Assembly: GCA_965368115.1 (NCBI GenBank)
Contig: CBDULQ010000001.1
Coordinates: 1-47,690 of the forward strand
Direction of reading: 5' to 3'
Source: an uncultured Gammaproteobacteria bacterium
GTDB lineage: Bacteria; Pseudomonadota; Gammaproteobacteria; SZUA-229
Length of the DNA: 47,690 nucleotides
Of this stretch, positions 1 through 9,079 are shown piece after piece (position 1 is the stretch's first letter; the number at the start of each line of letters is the position of its first letter). Under the pieces are notes generated by a model. It saw only the letters and a program-made list of their open reading frames with translations. It had not been told where the DNA came from and did not search any database. Both the position numbers and the translations under genes were made by a program.

Positions 1-27
1 GGTTTATTTCTTGCAGACGAGAGACGT

Positions 28-1116
28 ATGGCTGATAAATTTCATAACATTGAGGGCTTACAACGCACCATCCTGGACAATCTGAGCACCGCCGTCCTGT
101 TACTGGATGAAGACCTGTGCATCCATTACCTCAATCCAGCCGGAGAAAGCCTGTTTCATATCAGCAATAAACGGGCGCGCAATTTAACCCTTGGCAAGAT
201 TATGTTTATCGAGAGCGACTTTCAGCAACGGCTCAATAGCGCCATCAATGACAATCATCCCTTCGCAGAGCATGAAGTCAGTTTTCAGTTGCTGGCCGAC
301 CAGGACCGGCAGGTGAATGTGGACTACATGGTGACGCCGCTCAATGGCAGTAATGCAGAGGGCATCATGCTGTTGCTGGAAATTTCCCCGATGGATCGCC
401 ACATCCGTATCGCGCGCGAGGAGAAACTGCTCGCCGAGCAGAAATCCACCCGTAACCTGGTGCGCGGCATGGCGCACGAGATCAAAAATCCACTGGGCGG
501 CCTGCGCGGTGCGGCGCAGTTGCTGGAACGTGAGCTGGACAACGAAGACCTGAAAGAATACACCAGCATTATCATCGGCGAAGCGGATCGACTGCAGACC
601 CTGGTCGATCGCATGCTGGGCCCCAACAATATTCCCCGCAAACAGCAGATCAACATTCACCAGATCCTGGAACATGTGCGCCAGCTGGCGCAGGTCGAGG
701 TCCCCGACGGCATTTTTTTCAATCTGGATTACGACCCCAGCCTGCCGGAACTGATGGCCGACCCGGACCTGTTGATTCAGGCAATACTGAACATCACCCG
801 CAATGCGGTGCAGGCGCTGGGCGAGCATGGCGAGATTACTTACAAGACACGGCCGCAACGGCATTTCACCATCGGCCACATGCACCATCGCCTGGTGATC
901 CAGGTGGATATCATGGACAACGGCCCCGGCATTCCGGACGACATCCTGGAACACATTTTCTTTCCCATGGTCACCGGCCGCCCGGAAGGCTCGGGACTGG
1001 GTCTGTCCATTGCGCAATCGCTGATCAATCAGCACGGCGGACTGATCGAATGCAACAGTCGGCCGGGCAAAACCGTATTTACGATTTACTTACCTCTGGA
1101 GATAACGGATGACTGA
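28..1116 (+). CDS. glnL: Nitrogen regulation sensor histidine kinase NtrB
   Basis: 362-aa ORF. PAS-like N-terminus, H-box 'MAHEIKNPLGGLRGAAQLL', HATPase motifs (DNGPGIP, GSGLGLSIA). Its 3' end overlaps the ntrC start by 8 nt. Confidence 0.9.
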   Translation: MADKFHNIEGLQRTILDNLSTAVLLLDEDLCIHYLNPAGESLFHISNKRARNLTLGKIMFIESDFQQRLNSAINDNHPFAEHEVSFQLLADQDRQVNVDYMVTPLNGSNAEGIMLLLEISPMDRHIRIAREEKLLAEQKSTRNLVRGMAHEIKNPLGGLRGAAQLLERELDNEDLKEYTSIIIGEADRLQTLVDRMLGPNNIPRKQQINIHQILEHVRQLAQVEVPDGIFFNLDYDPSLPELMADPDLLIQAILNITRNAVQALGEHGEITYKTRPQRHFTIGHMHHRLVIQVDIMDNGPGIPDDILEHIFFPMVTGRPEGSGLGLSIAQSLINQHGGLIECNSRPGKTVFTIYLPLEITDD

Positions 1117-2512
1117 AAAACACATCTGGGTAATAGATGATGATCCTTCAATCCGTTGGGTACTGGAAAAAGCACTGAAACAGGCGGACATGAGCGTGAG
1201 CGCCTTCGAAACAGCCGATGACGCGCTGGATGCCATGGCCGGCGGCAAACCCGATGCCATTATCACCGACATCCGCATGCCCGGTATGGACGGCCTGGAC
1301 TTTCTCAAGATACTCAGCGATCAATACCCAAACATTCCGGTGATCATCATGACCGCCCATTCCGACCTGGACAGTGCGGTTTCGGCTTACCAGGGCGGTG
1401 CTTTCGAATATCTGCCCAAGCCGTTCGATATCGACGAAGCCGTCGACCTGGCACGCCGTGCCTGTAAGAAAAGCGAAGAGCAGGCGGAGCTATCCAGTAA
1501 CCAGGTGCAACAGGACACCCCGGAAATCATCGGCGAAGCGCCGGCAATGCAGGAAGTGTTTCGTGCCATCGGCCGACTGTCCCGGTCCAATATCACCGTA
1601 CTCATCAACGGTGAATCCGGTACCGGTAAGGAACTGGTCGCCAGGGCACTGCACAAACACAGTCCGCGTGCCGATCGCCCGTTCATCGCCATCAACACGG
1701 CCGCGATTCCGAAAGACCTGCTGGAATCAGAACTGTTCGGTCACGAACGCGGCGCCTTCACCGGCGCCCATTCGCAACGTCGCGGCCGTTTCGAACAGGC
1801 CGATGGCGGTACCTTATTTCTCGATGAAATCGGCGACATGCCGTCCGACCTGCAAACCCGTTTGCTGCGTGTGCTGGCCGACGGCCAGTTCTATCGCGTC
1901 GGTGGCCACACACCGATCAAGGCCAATGTACGTATCATTACCGCGACTCACCAGGACCTTGAAGAGCGCGTCAAACAGGGTCTGTTCCGCGAGGATTTAT
2001 TCCATCGCCTGAACGTCATCCGGATTCAGATTCCTGCACTTCGCGAGCGCAAAGAAGACGTACCCGCCTTGCTCAACCTGTTCCTGAAACAGTCGGCGCG
2101 GGAAATCGGCGTCGAAGCCAAACAGCTGTTGCCGGATGTGGAAGCCTATCTGTCCAACCTGGACTGGCCGGGCAACGTACGTCAGCTGGAAAACACCTGT
2201 CGCTGGTTGACGGTGATGGCGTCCAGCCGCGAAGTCCATATGTCCGATCTGCCGCCGGAACTGTTACCGGATGCGGTCGAACAGACCGAAACACCACAAC
2301 AGAACTGGGAAAGTGCATTACAACGCTGGGCGGAAAAACAGCTCGCTATCGGCAAGGAAGATCTGCTCGACGATGCCATGCCCAAGTTCGAACGCATCAT
2401 GATTGATGCGGCTCTGTCCAAAACCGGCGGTAAACGCCAGGAAGCCGCCAAGCTACTGGGCTGGGGTCGTAACACACTGACCCGCAAGATCAAGGAACTG
2501 GGAATGGATTAA
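1109..2512 (+). CDS. glnG: Sigma-54-dependent response regulator NtrC
   Basis: 467 aa. Receiver domain (DDDPSIR...DIRMPGMDG), AAA+ Walker A 'GESGTGKE', 'GAFTGA' sigma-54 contact loop, C-terminal Fis-type HTH. Confidence 0.92.
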   Translation: MTEKHIWVIDDDPSIRWVLEKALKQADMSVSAFETADDALDAMAGGKPDAIITDIRMPGMDGLDFLKILSDQYPNIPVIIMTAHSDLDSAVSAYQGGAFEYLPKPFDIDEAVDLARRACKKSEEQAELSSNQVQQDTPEIIGEAPAMQEVFRAIGRLSRSNITVLINGESGTGKELVARALHKHSPRADRPFIAINTAAIPKDLLESELFGHERGAFTGAHSQRRGRFEQADGGTLFLDEIGDMPSDLQTRLLRVLADGQFYRVGGHTPIKANVRIITATHQDLEERVKQGLFREDLFHRLNVIRIQIPALRERKEDVPALLNLFLKQSAREIGVEAKQLLPDVEAYLSNLDWPGNVRQLENTCRWLTVMASSREVHMSDLPPELLPDAVEQTETPQQNWESALQRWAEKQLAIGKEDLLDDAMPKFERIMIDAALSKTGGKRQEAAKLLGWGRNTLTRKIKELGMD

Positions 2513-2548
2513 TCAGGGAATGAACGGCTTGCCCAGGGAAGGGAACAT

Positions 2549-3280
2549 TCAAACCGTTTTACTTTCTTCATCGCGAATGCAGTTCAGGTAAGCCTGTTCC
2601 ATGGTTTCCGCTTCGAACCGTTGCTTGAATTCGTCTACCTGTCCGCTGAAGCGTAATTCACCGCGATGTAAAACCGCCATATGATCCGCCAGCTCTTCTA
2701 CATCGGCCAGCATATGTGAACTGAAAAAAATCGTCGCACCCGCCTGGTTGCTTCGTTTGATCTGTTGCTTGACACTTACACGTGCCTTTGGATCCAGGCC
2801 GCTCATGGGTTCGTCGAGAATGTACAGATCTTTATTACTCAGAAAACAGGCCGCAAGGCCGAGTTTCTGTGTCATACCCTTGGACAGTTCGCGTACCGAT
2901 TTCCGTAACGCGTAAGCATCCAGGTCAAATGATTGCAAAACCTGTTGTACCTGCTCATGGTTAAAACGCCGCCCCTGCAACTCACCCACATATTTGAGGA
3001 AGTCACCGGCTTTCAGATAGTAGGGTGGTACGAAACGATCGGGTAAATAGGCGAGGTGTTCACGTGCGCTAACCTGGCGATTGTTGTTTCCAAACAGAAC
3101 ACATTCGCCGCTGTCCATGGCAACAAGATCCAGCATGGATTTGATCAATGTGGATTTTCCGGCGCCGTTCTCACCCACGAGTCCGAAACAGCTACCGGCT
3201 TCGACATCCAGACTCACGGCATTTAAAACCGTCTGCTTTGCATAGCGAATCGATATCGAACGACAGGAAATGGCTTTCAT
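2549..3280 (-). CDS. ABC transporter ATP-binding protein (ABC-2/NosF/CcmA-like)
   Basis: 243 aa. Walker A 'GENGAGKST', signature 'LSKGMTQK', Walker B 'LYILDEP', H-loop 'SSHML'. Confidence 0.85.
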   Translation of the reverse strand: MKAISCRSISIRYAKQTVLNAVSLDVEAGSCFGLVGENGAGKSTLIKSMLDLVAMDSGECVLFGNNNRQVSAREHLAYLPDRFVPPYYLKAGDFLKYVGELQGRRFNHEQVQQVLQSFDLDAYALRKSVRELSKGMTQKLGLAACFLSNKDLYILDEPMSGLDPKARVSVKQQIKRSNQAGATIFFSSHMLADVEELADHMAVLHRGELRFSGQVDEFKQRFEAETMEQAYLNCIRDEESKTV

Positions 3281-3352
3281 TATTTTAGTTCTGGTCAGTC
3301 ACCGGTGGCTGTGCTGTTAGCATACTCGAAGCACCCGATTTCCCAAAGCAAC

Positions 3353-3380
3353 AAAAAAGCCTGCTAAAGCAGGCTTTTTT
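3353..3380 (-). terminator. Rho-independent (bidirectional-looking) terminator after the major pilin gene
   Basis: aaaaaAGCCTGCtaaaGCAGGCTttttt: 7-bp GC-rich stem, 4-nt loop, A-run and T-run on either side. Lies 21 nt past the pilin stop. Confidence 0.6.
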
Positions 3381-3400
3381 ATATTCAGGCATTGCGGCAA

Positions 3401-4060
3401 TTAAAAATTACGAAACACCGCAGCACAACGATCGATACCCGGTGTGTAGTTCGGCGCTCCCGCAGTACAGGCTGCGACGTTCTGTGCTCCACCACCACCT
3501 GCAGCAAGACGCATGCTGCCTGAGTCAGTACGACCATCATCGATCTTGCGATCAACCTCGGCCAGGATATCGGAAGGTATACCGTTACCGGACAACAACT
3601 CGTTACTGGTTGCTGTGTTGCCGCCCAGGTTGGCGAAAGTAATCACCATGCCGGTACCGAAACCATTATCGGGACAAGTGCCCACGACACAGTTGAACGT
3701 ACTACCGAAACCCGCGCCATCAAAATCACCCGAGATGAAACCGGCACCGGCCAGCTGTACCCAGACCTGGGTGCGGGTACCGTTGTTTTCGATGGTGCCG
3801 TCACCATCGCCATTGGCATAAGCGACCGGACCTGCCGGCAAACTGTTGGTCGCATCGTTGAAGTCACCGGGCAATGCGCGGTAGCGATCCTGAAATGCAA
3901 ACCAGGCTGCGGTCACGCCATCCACCTTGTTGGTCAGTGCACGCGCACGCGCGGAATTGATCAGCTCCTGACCTTTCAGCACACCACCCAGTAACAGGCC
4001 AATGATGACCAGGACGATGGCGATTTCGATCAGCGTGAAACCAGACTGAGACTTCTTCAT
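3401..4060 (-). CDS. Type IV prepilin / pseudopilin, probable major subunit
   Basis: 219 aa. Class III signal 'MKKSQSG|FTLIEIAIVLVIIGLLLGG' with Glu5. Gly-rich C-terminal half, 4 Cys. Good SD (ggagag), its own 143-bp upstream region and its own terminator. Confidence 0.85.
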   Translation of the reverse strand: MKKSQSGFTLIEIAIVLVIIGLLLGGVLKGQELINSARARALTNKVDGVTAAWFAFQDRYRALPGDFNDATNSLPAGPVAYANGDGDGTIENNGTRTQVWVQLAGAGFISGDFDGAGFGSTFNCVVGTCPDNGFGTGMVITFANLGGNTATSNELLSGNGIPSDILAEVDRKIDDGRTDSGSMRLAAGGGGAQNVAACTAGAPNYTPGIDRCAAVFRNF

Positions 4061-4092
4061 TCGACTCTCTCCAGAATTCTTTATTCGTTAGT

Positions 4093-4122
4093 TATATAGT
4101 TCAAAAATCAACACTTTACCAA
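4093..4122 (-). promoter_or_regulatory. Candidate sigma-70 promoter for the pilin gene
   Basis: Minus strand reads TTGGTA-18 nt-TATATA about 30 nt upstream of the pilin ATG. Picked by eye only. Confidence 0.25.
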
Positions 4123-4203
4123 GGCACTTTGGCGATTCCTGCGATTTCTGTCGTTTACAGTAATAATTCCTGTTAACCCCCTGATTTAAAGGGCAAAATA
4201 AAG

Positions 4204-4887
4204 TTAGTCAAGCGCAGCTAAACGTTGCTCCAGGAAGCGAATTTCAGCCGCATCACTGATCTCACCCTGGGCCAGTAGACCGCCGATGAGAATTTTTGCC
4301 GCTTCTTTCTCACCCATGTCTTCCAGAATCAGGATACGCAGGTCTTTGGCCCAGTAAGGCACATCGACTCCGGCCAGTTCGGCCAGGGTGTTGGCATACT
4401 TCAACGCGAGTGGTTTATCGTTCAACTCATGCTGCGCCTTGATCGCCGCATGGGCCAGCCAACGCCAGCGGGTTTGCGGTTGCTCGAGGGTTTTCTCCGC
4501 AACGAAATCGAGCATGATTCTGACCCGCCGCGGATCATTCACCTCGCTGTACACATGGCTGGCGACCAGCAATGGATAATTGTCATTCGGGTCCAGTTGC
4601 AGGCTCAGATTCAGCCACTGCACCAGGCGCTCGTAATCCAGCTCGCGAAACGGCACACTGATACCCGGCTGGTTGTCGTGTGCCTGCAACCATAAATCGA
4701 GCAGGCGCGCAGCGAGTATGGGATCGCCCAGCGTCGTCAACGCATACACCGACGTTGGCAAGGGTCTGGTCAGCGGCTGGTAAGTCGGCTGTGGTTGTCG
4801 ATCAAACCAGAACAGTTGCGCCAGCAGGGCCACCACTAACAGCAACCACACGCCTGTAGGTACATGATGTAAAGGCCGCTGTTTCAT
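4204..4887 (-). CDS. Membrane-anchored helical-repeat protein of unknown function (last gene of the filament operon)
   Basis: 227 aa. Single N-terminal TM 'GVWLLLVVALLAQLFWF', remainder helical and TPR-like in character. Start overlaps the upstream permease stop (ATGA). Confidence 0.7.
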   Translation of the reverse strand: MKQRPLHHVPTGVWLLLVVALLAQLFWFDRQPQPTYQPLTRPLPTSVYALTTLGDPILAARLLDLWLQAHDNQPGISVPFRELDYERLVQWLNLSLQLDPNDNYPLLVASHVYSEVNDPRRVRIMLDFVAEKTLEQPQTRWRWLAHAAIKAQHELNDKPLALKYANTLAELAGVDVPYWAKDLRILILEDMGEKEAAKILIGGLLAQGEISDAAEIRFLEQRLAALD

Positions 4888-5660
4888 GCGCTGATGTTCT
4901 TACGGTGAAAATCGACCAGGGCTACAGCCGATAACAGGGGGATATAAATCACCGCCTGTATCAACATGGCGGTAACCGATTGTGTGGTGTAGTCGCCATA
5001 GACCAGCCAGCTGGTCTGGCTGAAGCGGTCGAGTGCGGGTAACAAGACGTGAAGTAGCGAAAAGAATCCGTCGATGAACCGCTGGCCCAGGCTTTCACTG
5101 GTTACCAGGGGCCCTTGTGAAACCAGTACAATGGATTCAAGTGTTCGGGCCAGCAGGTAAAATAATAACACGCTACCCAGTCCTGCCAGCACGTGTCGAA
5201 AGCTGAAGCTTGCCACAAGGCCGAGACAACTCACGAGGGTCAGTTCAAACCAGTAACTCAGCGACCAGATTAATACTCCGCTACTGTCGGCATACAGACT
5301 CAGCAGCAATCCAAACGCAACACTGATCAGCAGGCTTAGAATCATGAACCCGCCCAGTTTGCCAAGAAAGTGTCCGGTTCTGGAAATCGGCAATGCCAGC
5401 ATGAACTCCAGCGACTTATCCTGCTGATCGCGAATGCCGGAGGATACAATCAAAGTCGCCAGTAGACCGATACCACTATAACGCAATAAATTACTCAGAA
5501 TCGCCAGCTGTATCTGGCGTTGATCGGTAATGGCAATATCAGCAACGAACTCGGTCACTGCGAAAGCGCTGATTAAAAAAATCGCCAGCATCCATAGCAG
5601 CCGATTTCTCACCGCTTCGATAAACGTATATTTGGCGATCACCCTGATCTGTCTGAACAT
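4884..5660 (-). CDS. ABC-2 family permease (NosY/GldF/PilI-like)
   Basis: 258 aa, about 6 hydrophobic spans. N-terminus 'AKYTFIEAVRNRLLWMLAIF' is typical of ABC-2 permeases. Confidence 0.75.
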   Translation of the reverse strand: MFRQIRVIAKYTFIEAVRNRLLWMLAIFLISAFAVTEFVADIAITDQRQIQLAILSNLLRYSGIGLLATLIVSSGIRDQQDKSLEFMLALPISRTGHFLGKLGGFMILSLLISVAFGLLLSLYADSSGVLIWSLSYWFELTLVSCLGLVASFSFRHVLAGLGSVLLFYLLARTLESIVLVSQGPLVTSESLGQRFIDGFFSLLHVLLPALDRFSQTSWLVYGDYTTQSVTAMLIQAVIYIPLLSAVALVDFHRKNISA

Positions 5661-5666
5661 AATTTG

Positions 5667-6431
5667 CTACAGCTGGCCTGCATCCAGTAGTTTATTGAAT
5701 AACACGGTCGGCGCTATCCAGATAATCACATCATCGAATTCCTGGGCAGCTGCCCGACTTGGATTGCGTGAAACATAACGGTCGTCATTCGATAACCCGT
5801 AATTTGGCAACCCGCAGTTTGATGCAATGTTCGCTTCGCCCGCATTTTCATTTTCATTGGCGCTGGCAAAAGTCGCCCAGTTCTTTCCGGTGGAATAGAT
5901 GACCGCAACGGCATTATCATTGATCGAGTTTGCGCAGGCTGAATCGGGACATATTTGCAGGTTGTTAGTTGCCATGAGTACAGCTACATTGGCCACACTA
6001 ACGCCTGCTGGATTACTATAAACATTATTCGTCGAGGTCGTGATACTGTACCGGTAGGGTTGTCCCCAGGGATCGGTCAACAACTGATCACAATTGACAG
6101 CGCCGCTTAAACCCAGGGTAGCCGCCGGAACAAAGCCCCGACCGCCATTTGTACAGGGAGTCGCCGGTGTCGAGCCTCCAGCCGGATTTTCACGACCCAG
6201 CGAATTCGGATCTGCCGGGCAGGGTAGACGACCATTCGCCAGCGCAAATCCATACAATGCCTGACGAATCTGGTCGAGCTGTCTGGATGCTTCCGCGACA
6301 TAACGTTTCTCCGATTGACTGCCCAACGGAATAATCAGATAGCCAATCATCAAACCAACCACCACCAGGACCACTGCCAGTTCGATCAGACTAAAACCGC
6401 GCTGACTTCGAATTGTTGATGTCATAGACAT
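5667..6431 (-). CDS. GspG-like pseudopilin with prepilin N-terminal methylation motif
   Basis: 254 aa. 'QRG|FSLIELAVVLVVVGLMIG', GspG-type 'DPWGQPYRY' motif, 'GRLPCPAD' motif, 6 Cys. Confidence 0.8.
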   Translation of the reverse strand: MSMTSTIRSQRGFSLIELAVVLVVVGLMIGYLIIPLGSQSEKRYVAEASRQLDQIRQALYGFALANGRLPCPADPNSLGRENPAGGSTPATPCTNGGRGFVPAATLGLSGAVNCDQLLTDPWGQPYRYSITTSTNNVYSNPAGVSVANVAVLMATNNLQICPDSACANSINDNAVAVIYSTGKNWATFASANENENAGEANIASNCGLPNYGLSNDDRYVSRNPSRAAAQEFDDVIIWIAPTVLFNKLLDAGQL

Positions 6432-7933
6432 TGCACCACACTCATATTTTCCTCAATACAGAATGCGACATCATTCATTGTTGCGTTCATGTAAGTGGCA
6501 TTGCCATTCAGATCGGGATAGTTACCCGGGTTGCTACCTTCCAGGTAGTTGGAAAGCACCGATTTGGTATCGACATCGATCGGGTCAACGGTACGAATCT
6601 GCCCGGCCAGTCTAGAACCGGAGTAAATGACGATGGCTGCATAATCTTCACCACCGACGATAATACAGTTGGTGCAGGCACCGTCAGCCGGTGTCGCCGG
6701 TAATCCTGCTGATGATGCAAAGTCGCCGGATACGGCATAAAAAAAGTGATCTTTCCAGTTCTCCCAGAAACGGCGCTCCGGACTGTTATAGTTTCCGCCG
6801 GGCCCGGCCAGGGCCCCTGTCTGAAAGTTGTTACAATCTGGAATCGCCTTTTCCAGCAGATAATGCGTCGGCCCATTCCCGATATAACCATCACTAATCG
6901 AGACATCAACCGGCAGGCGGCCGAAATAGGAGCCCGCCGTATCCGTCTCGATATACGCCTGGCTATCTCGATAATCGCCAGGATCCGTTGACGCCGGCCA
7001 GGGTAAATGAAAATGACTATTCGAGCCGCCCATGGTCGCATCGTTTGCCTGACCATAGCCTGCAATACAGTCTGCTAATGTTCTTGTTGTATTTTCCATC
7101 AGGGTCTGAAAATCGGGACGCTGACTAATCGCGTCGAATATATCCTGTTGGGTGATACCCACGATACGGTCGTTAATGTTGGTATCGAAAACACTGTTAG
7201 CCGTGGTGAATGTATCGGTCGTATCCACTGCACCACTCAAAGTTTCGTTACCGCCTTCGAGGAAATCCGCGGCAGTGTAATCCATTCCACATAAGCTACC
7301 TGCCGCATGCGTACCATTCTGGCCGGACAAAGCAGGTCCGGGTGCGATGACAACGGCCACCAGCCTGTCGTCAGCATTGCCGCCGATAAGAGGATTACCA
7401 TTCACGTCATTCAAAATAAAAGTTCCATTGCTATCCTGGTTGAGCATTTCGGAGCGCGACAGGCCCGCGGCATTATCCAGGTCATTACGATCATCCGGGC
7501 CGCTATCCTTGTATTCACTCGATACCGCATACCACAAACATTTTCCCGCACCATCCTTGATCGGCTCGACGCCCAGCTCGCCCCAGGGTAATCGCCCCAG
7601 AGCACTCGTATATTGAGCATTACAGGGCGAGTTGGGTTGCCCCTCCACACCGCCGGTATCCGGACAGGGTAGAAAGCCAAACAGCCCGGCATTCGGATTA
7701 CCGGCTGCCGACGCATTGTCGTGATTAAAAACCGCATACGCGATCAATGCCTGTTTAGCCTGCTTGAGCGCATACGATGTCGTTGCTTCCATTTCAGTCC
7801 GAACATCGATCATGTTGATGCTGCGTACAAGATAAGTGGATACCAGCAACACGATTACGATCATGAAAATCATCAGGGCGGCACCCGATTCGCGATATCC
7901 AGAGGCGCTGTCACGTTCCCGGTTCATGATCAT
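6422..7933 (-). CDS. Large Cys-rich minor pilin-like protein (PilX_N/GspK-like N-terminus)
   Basis: 503 aa. 'ESGAALMIFMIVIVLLVSTYLV' hydrophobic N-terminus without the G|F..E motif, 'GFLPCPD' motif, 10 Cys. Confidence 0.7.
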   Translation of the reverse strand: MIMNRERDSASGYRESGAALMIFMIVIVLLVSTYLVRSINMIDVRTEMEATTSYALKQAKQALIAYAVFNHDNASAAGNPNAGLFGFLPCPDTGGVEGQPNSPCNAQYTSALGRLPWGELGVEPIKDGAGKCLWYAVSSEYKDSGPDDRNDLDNAAGLSRSEMLNQDSNGTFILNDVNGNPLIGGNADDRLVAVVIAPGPALSGQNGTHAAGSLCGMDYTAADFLEGGNETLSGAVDTTDTFTTANSVFDTNINDRIVGITQQDIFDAISQRPDFQTLMENTTRTLADCIAGYGQANDATMGGSNSHFHLPWPASTDPGDYRDSQAYIETDTAGSYFGRLPVDVSISDGYIGNGPTHYLLEKAIPDCNNFQTGALAGPGGNYNSPERRFWENWKDHFFYAVSGDFASSAGLPATPADGACTNCIIVGGEDYAAIVIYSGSRLAGQIRTVDPIDVDTKSVLSNYLEGSNPGNYPDLNGNATYMNATMNDVAFCIEENMSVVQCL

Positions 7934-7934
7934 C

Positions 7935-8459
7935 CTAACGATCCTGAGGGGCGTCCGGTTGTGTACCTTCAGGACTTATTTGATCAGGTGGCGATTTTTC
8001 ACGGATCTTCTGCGCCAGGCTGGATTCTTTAATTTCGTAAGTATCCTGGATTTCCCGATCGAATTCGTTCCACACCTGGCCGGGTTTCAGTCGCACTTTC
8101 TGTCCATTGACAAACACCGGCACTTGCTCGCTCTGACCAATGGACTCGGGGTTCACGCGTATTCGTTCATCGATTCTTCGACCTTTCAGGGTATTACCAT
8201 CGTTAACCCAGGCCACATTCGGCGCGCCTTCCCGAATCATGATACCCTTCAGCTCCACCTGCGCAGGCGGTACGACAACTCCGGGATGGGTTTCGGTCTG
8301 TTGTTCATTACCCAGATCCTTGCGACGGCGTTTCGCATCCAGTTGTGCCCGCTCCATAGGCGTCGTGAACAGGCGTTCGAGCTGATTGATCGAAGGCTGA
8401 TCTGCGGCCTGCACCAGGCCGGTACTCAGCAGCAACAGGTACAGTATGCGGCCGCTCAT
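7935..8459 (-). CDS. Periplasmic PilP/MshK/GspC-HR-like protein
   Basis: 174 aa. Signal peptide 'LLLLSTGLVQA|AD'. Beta-rich segments 'VELKGIMIREGAPNVAWVNDG' and 'VFVNGQKVRLKPGQVW'. Function inferred from pattern and context only. Confidence 0.6.
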   Translation of the reverse strand: MSGRILYLLLLSTGLVQAADQPSINQLERLFTTPMERAQLDAKRRRKDLGNEQQTETHPGVVVPPAQVELKGIMIREGAPNVAWVNDGNTLKGRRIDERIRVNPESIGQSEQVPVFVNGQKVRLKPGQVWNEFDREIQDTYEIKESSLAQKIREKSPPDQISPEGTQPDAPQDR

Positions 8460-9079
8460 GAATCATCCTCCGTTTCACCCTGCGCATTCTGCTCATCCAG
8501 GGTTAACCACAATAATTCACACTCACCGACAAAATTGAAGCGGCTGTTGTTATCCAGGACTTCGACACTACGGAAGTTATTCTTCACCCGACAGTTGCTT
8601 ATCAGGCTCAGGCCTTCCGCCTGCTTATTCAGATCCTGCAACAGACCGAATAGATCGCCTTCATGCAGTAACTGAAAATCCAGCTTCATAGTGCTGGCAT
8701 AAATCTCCAGATCATCCAGATCGAGCTGAATGTTGTCCCTGTCGACCAGCTTACGTCGGCTAATATCAAACTTGACCGAGGGTATCCGGCGTTGCTCGGT
8801 CGATTTTTGAATGGTTTCAATCCACTGAATTCGATGCTCGTCACCATAAATTCCACGACGTTCGAGTTGCTCGAACTGTGACTCATAGGCACTCAACAAC
8901 TGTTCCCGGTCCAGCGCCTGCTGATAGCGAGCTTTCGCCTGCACCAGCGTATACTTGCTACGCTTCCAGTTTTCCTCGTACTGCTGGTGATAATATAGAC
9001 CTACACCAACCAGCAGCGCGCTGACAATCAGAGCGACAATGAAATACTGGACCTGACGCTTGATCTTCATCCATTCCAT
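8456..9079 (-). CDS. Bitopic PilO/GspM/MshJ-like assembly protein
   Basis: 207 aa. N-terminal TM 'YFIVALIVSALLVGVGLYY' followed by a coiled-coil and a small periplasmic domain. Overlaps both neighbours. Confidence 0.6.
   Translation of the reverse strand: MEWMKIKRQVQYFIVALIVSALLVGVGLYYHQQYEENWKRSKYTLVQAKARYQQALDREQLLSAYESQFEQLERRGIYGDEHRIQWIETIQKSTEQRRIPSVKFDISRRKLVDRDNIQLDLDDLEIYASTMKLDFQLLHEGDLFGLLQDLNKQAEGLSLISNCRVKNNFRSVEVLDNNSRFNFVGECELLWLTLDEQNAQGETEDDS

Noticed and set aside
4061-4203. Sigma-54 (-24 TGGCAC / -12 TTGC) promoter upstream of the major pilin, as for classical pilA genes.
   Set aside because: No GG-N10-GC element with acceptable flanks was seen on the minus strand. Only a weak sigma-70-like candidate was found.
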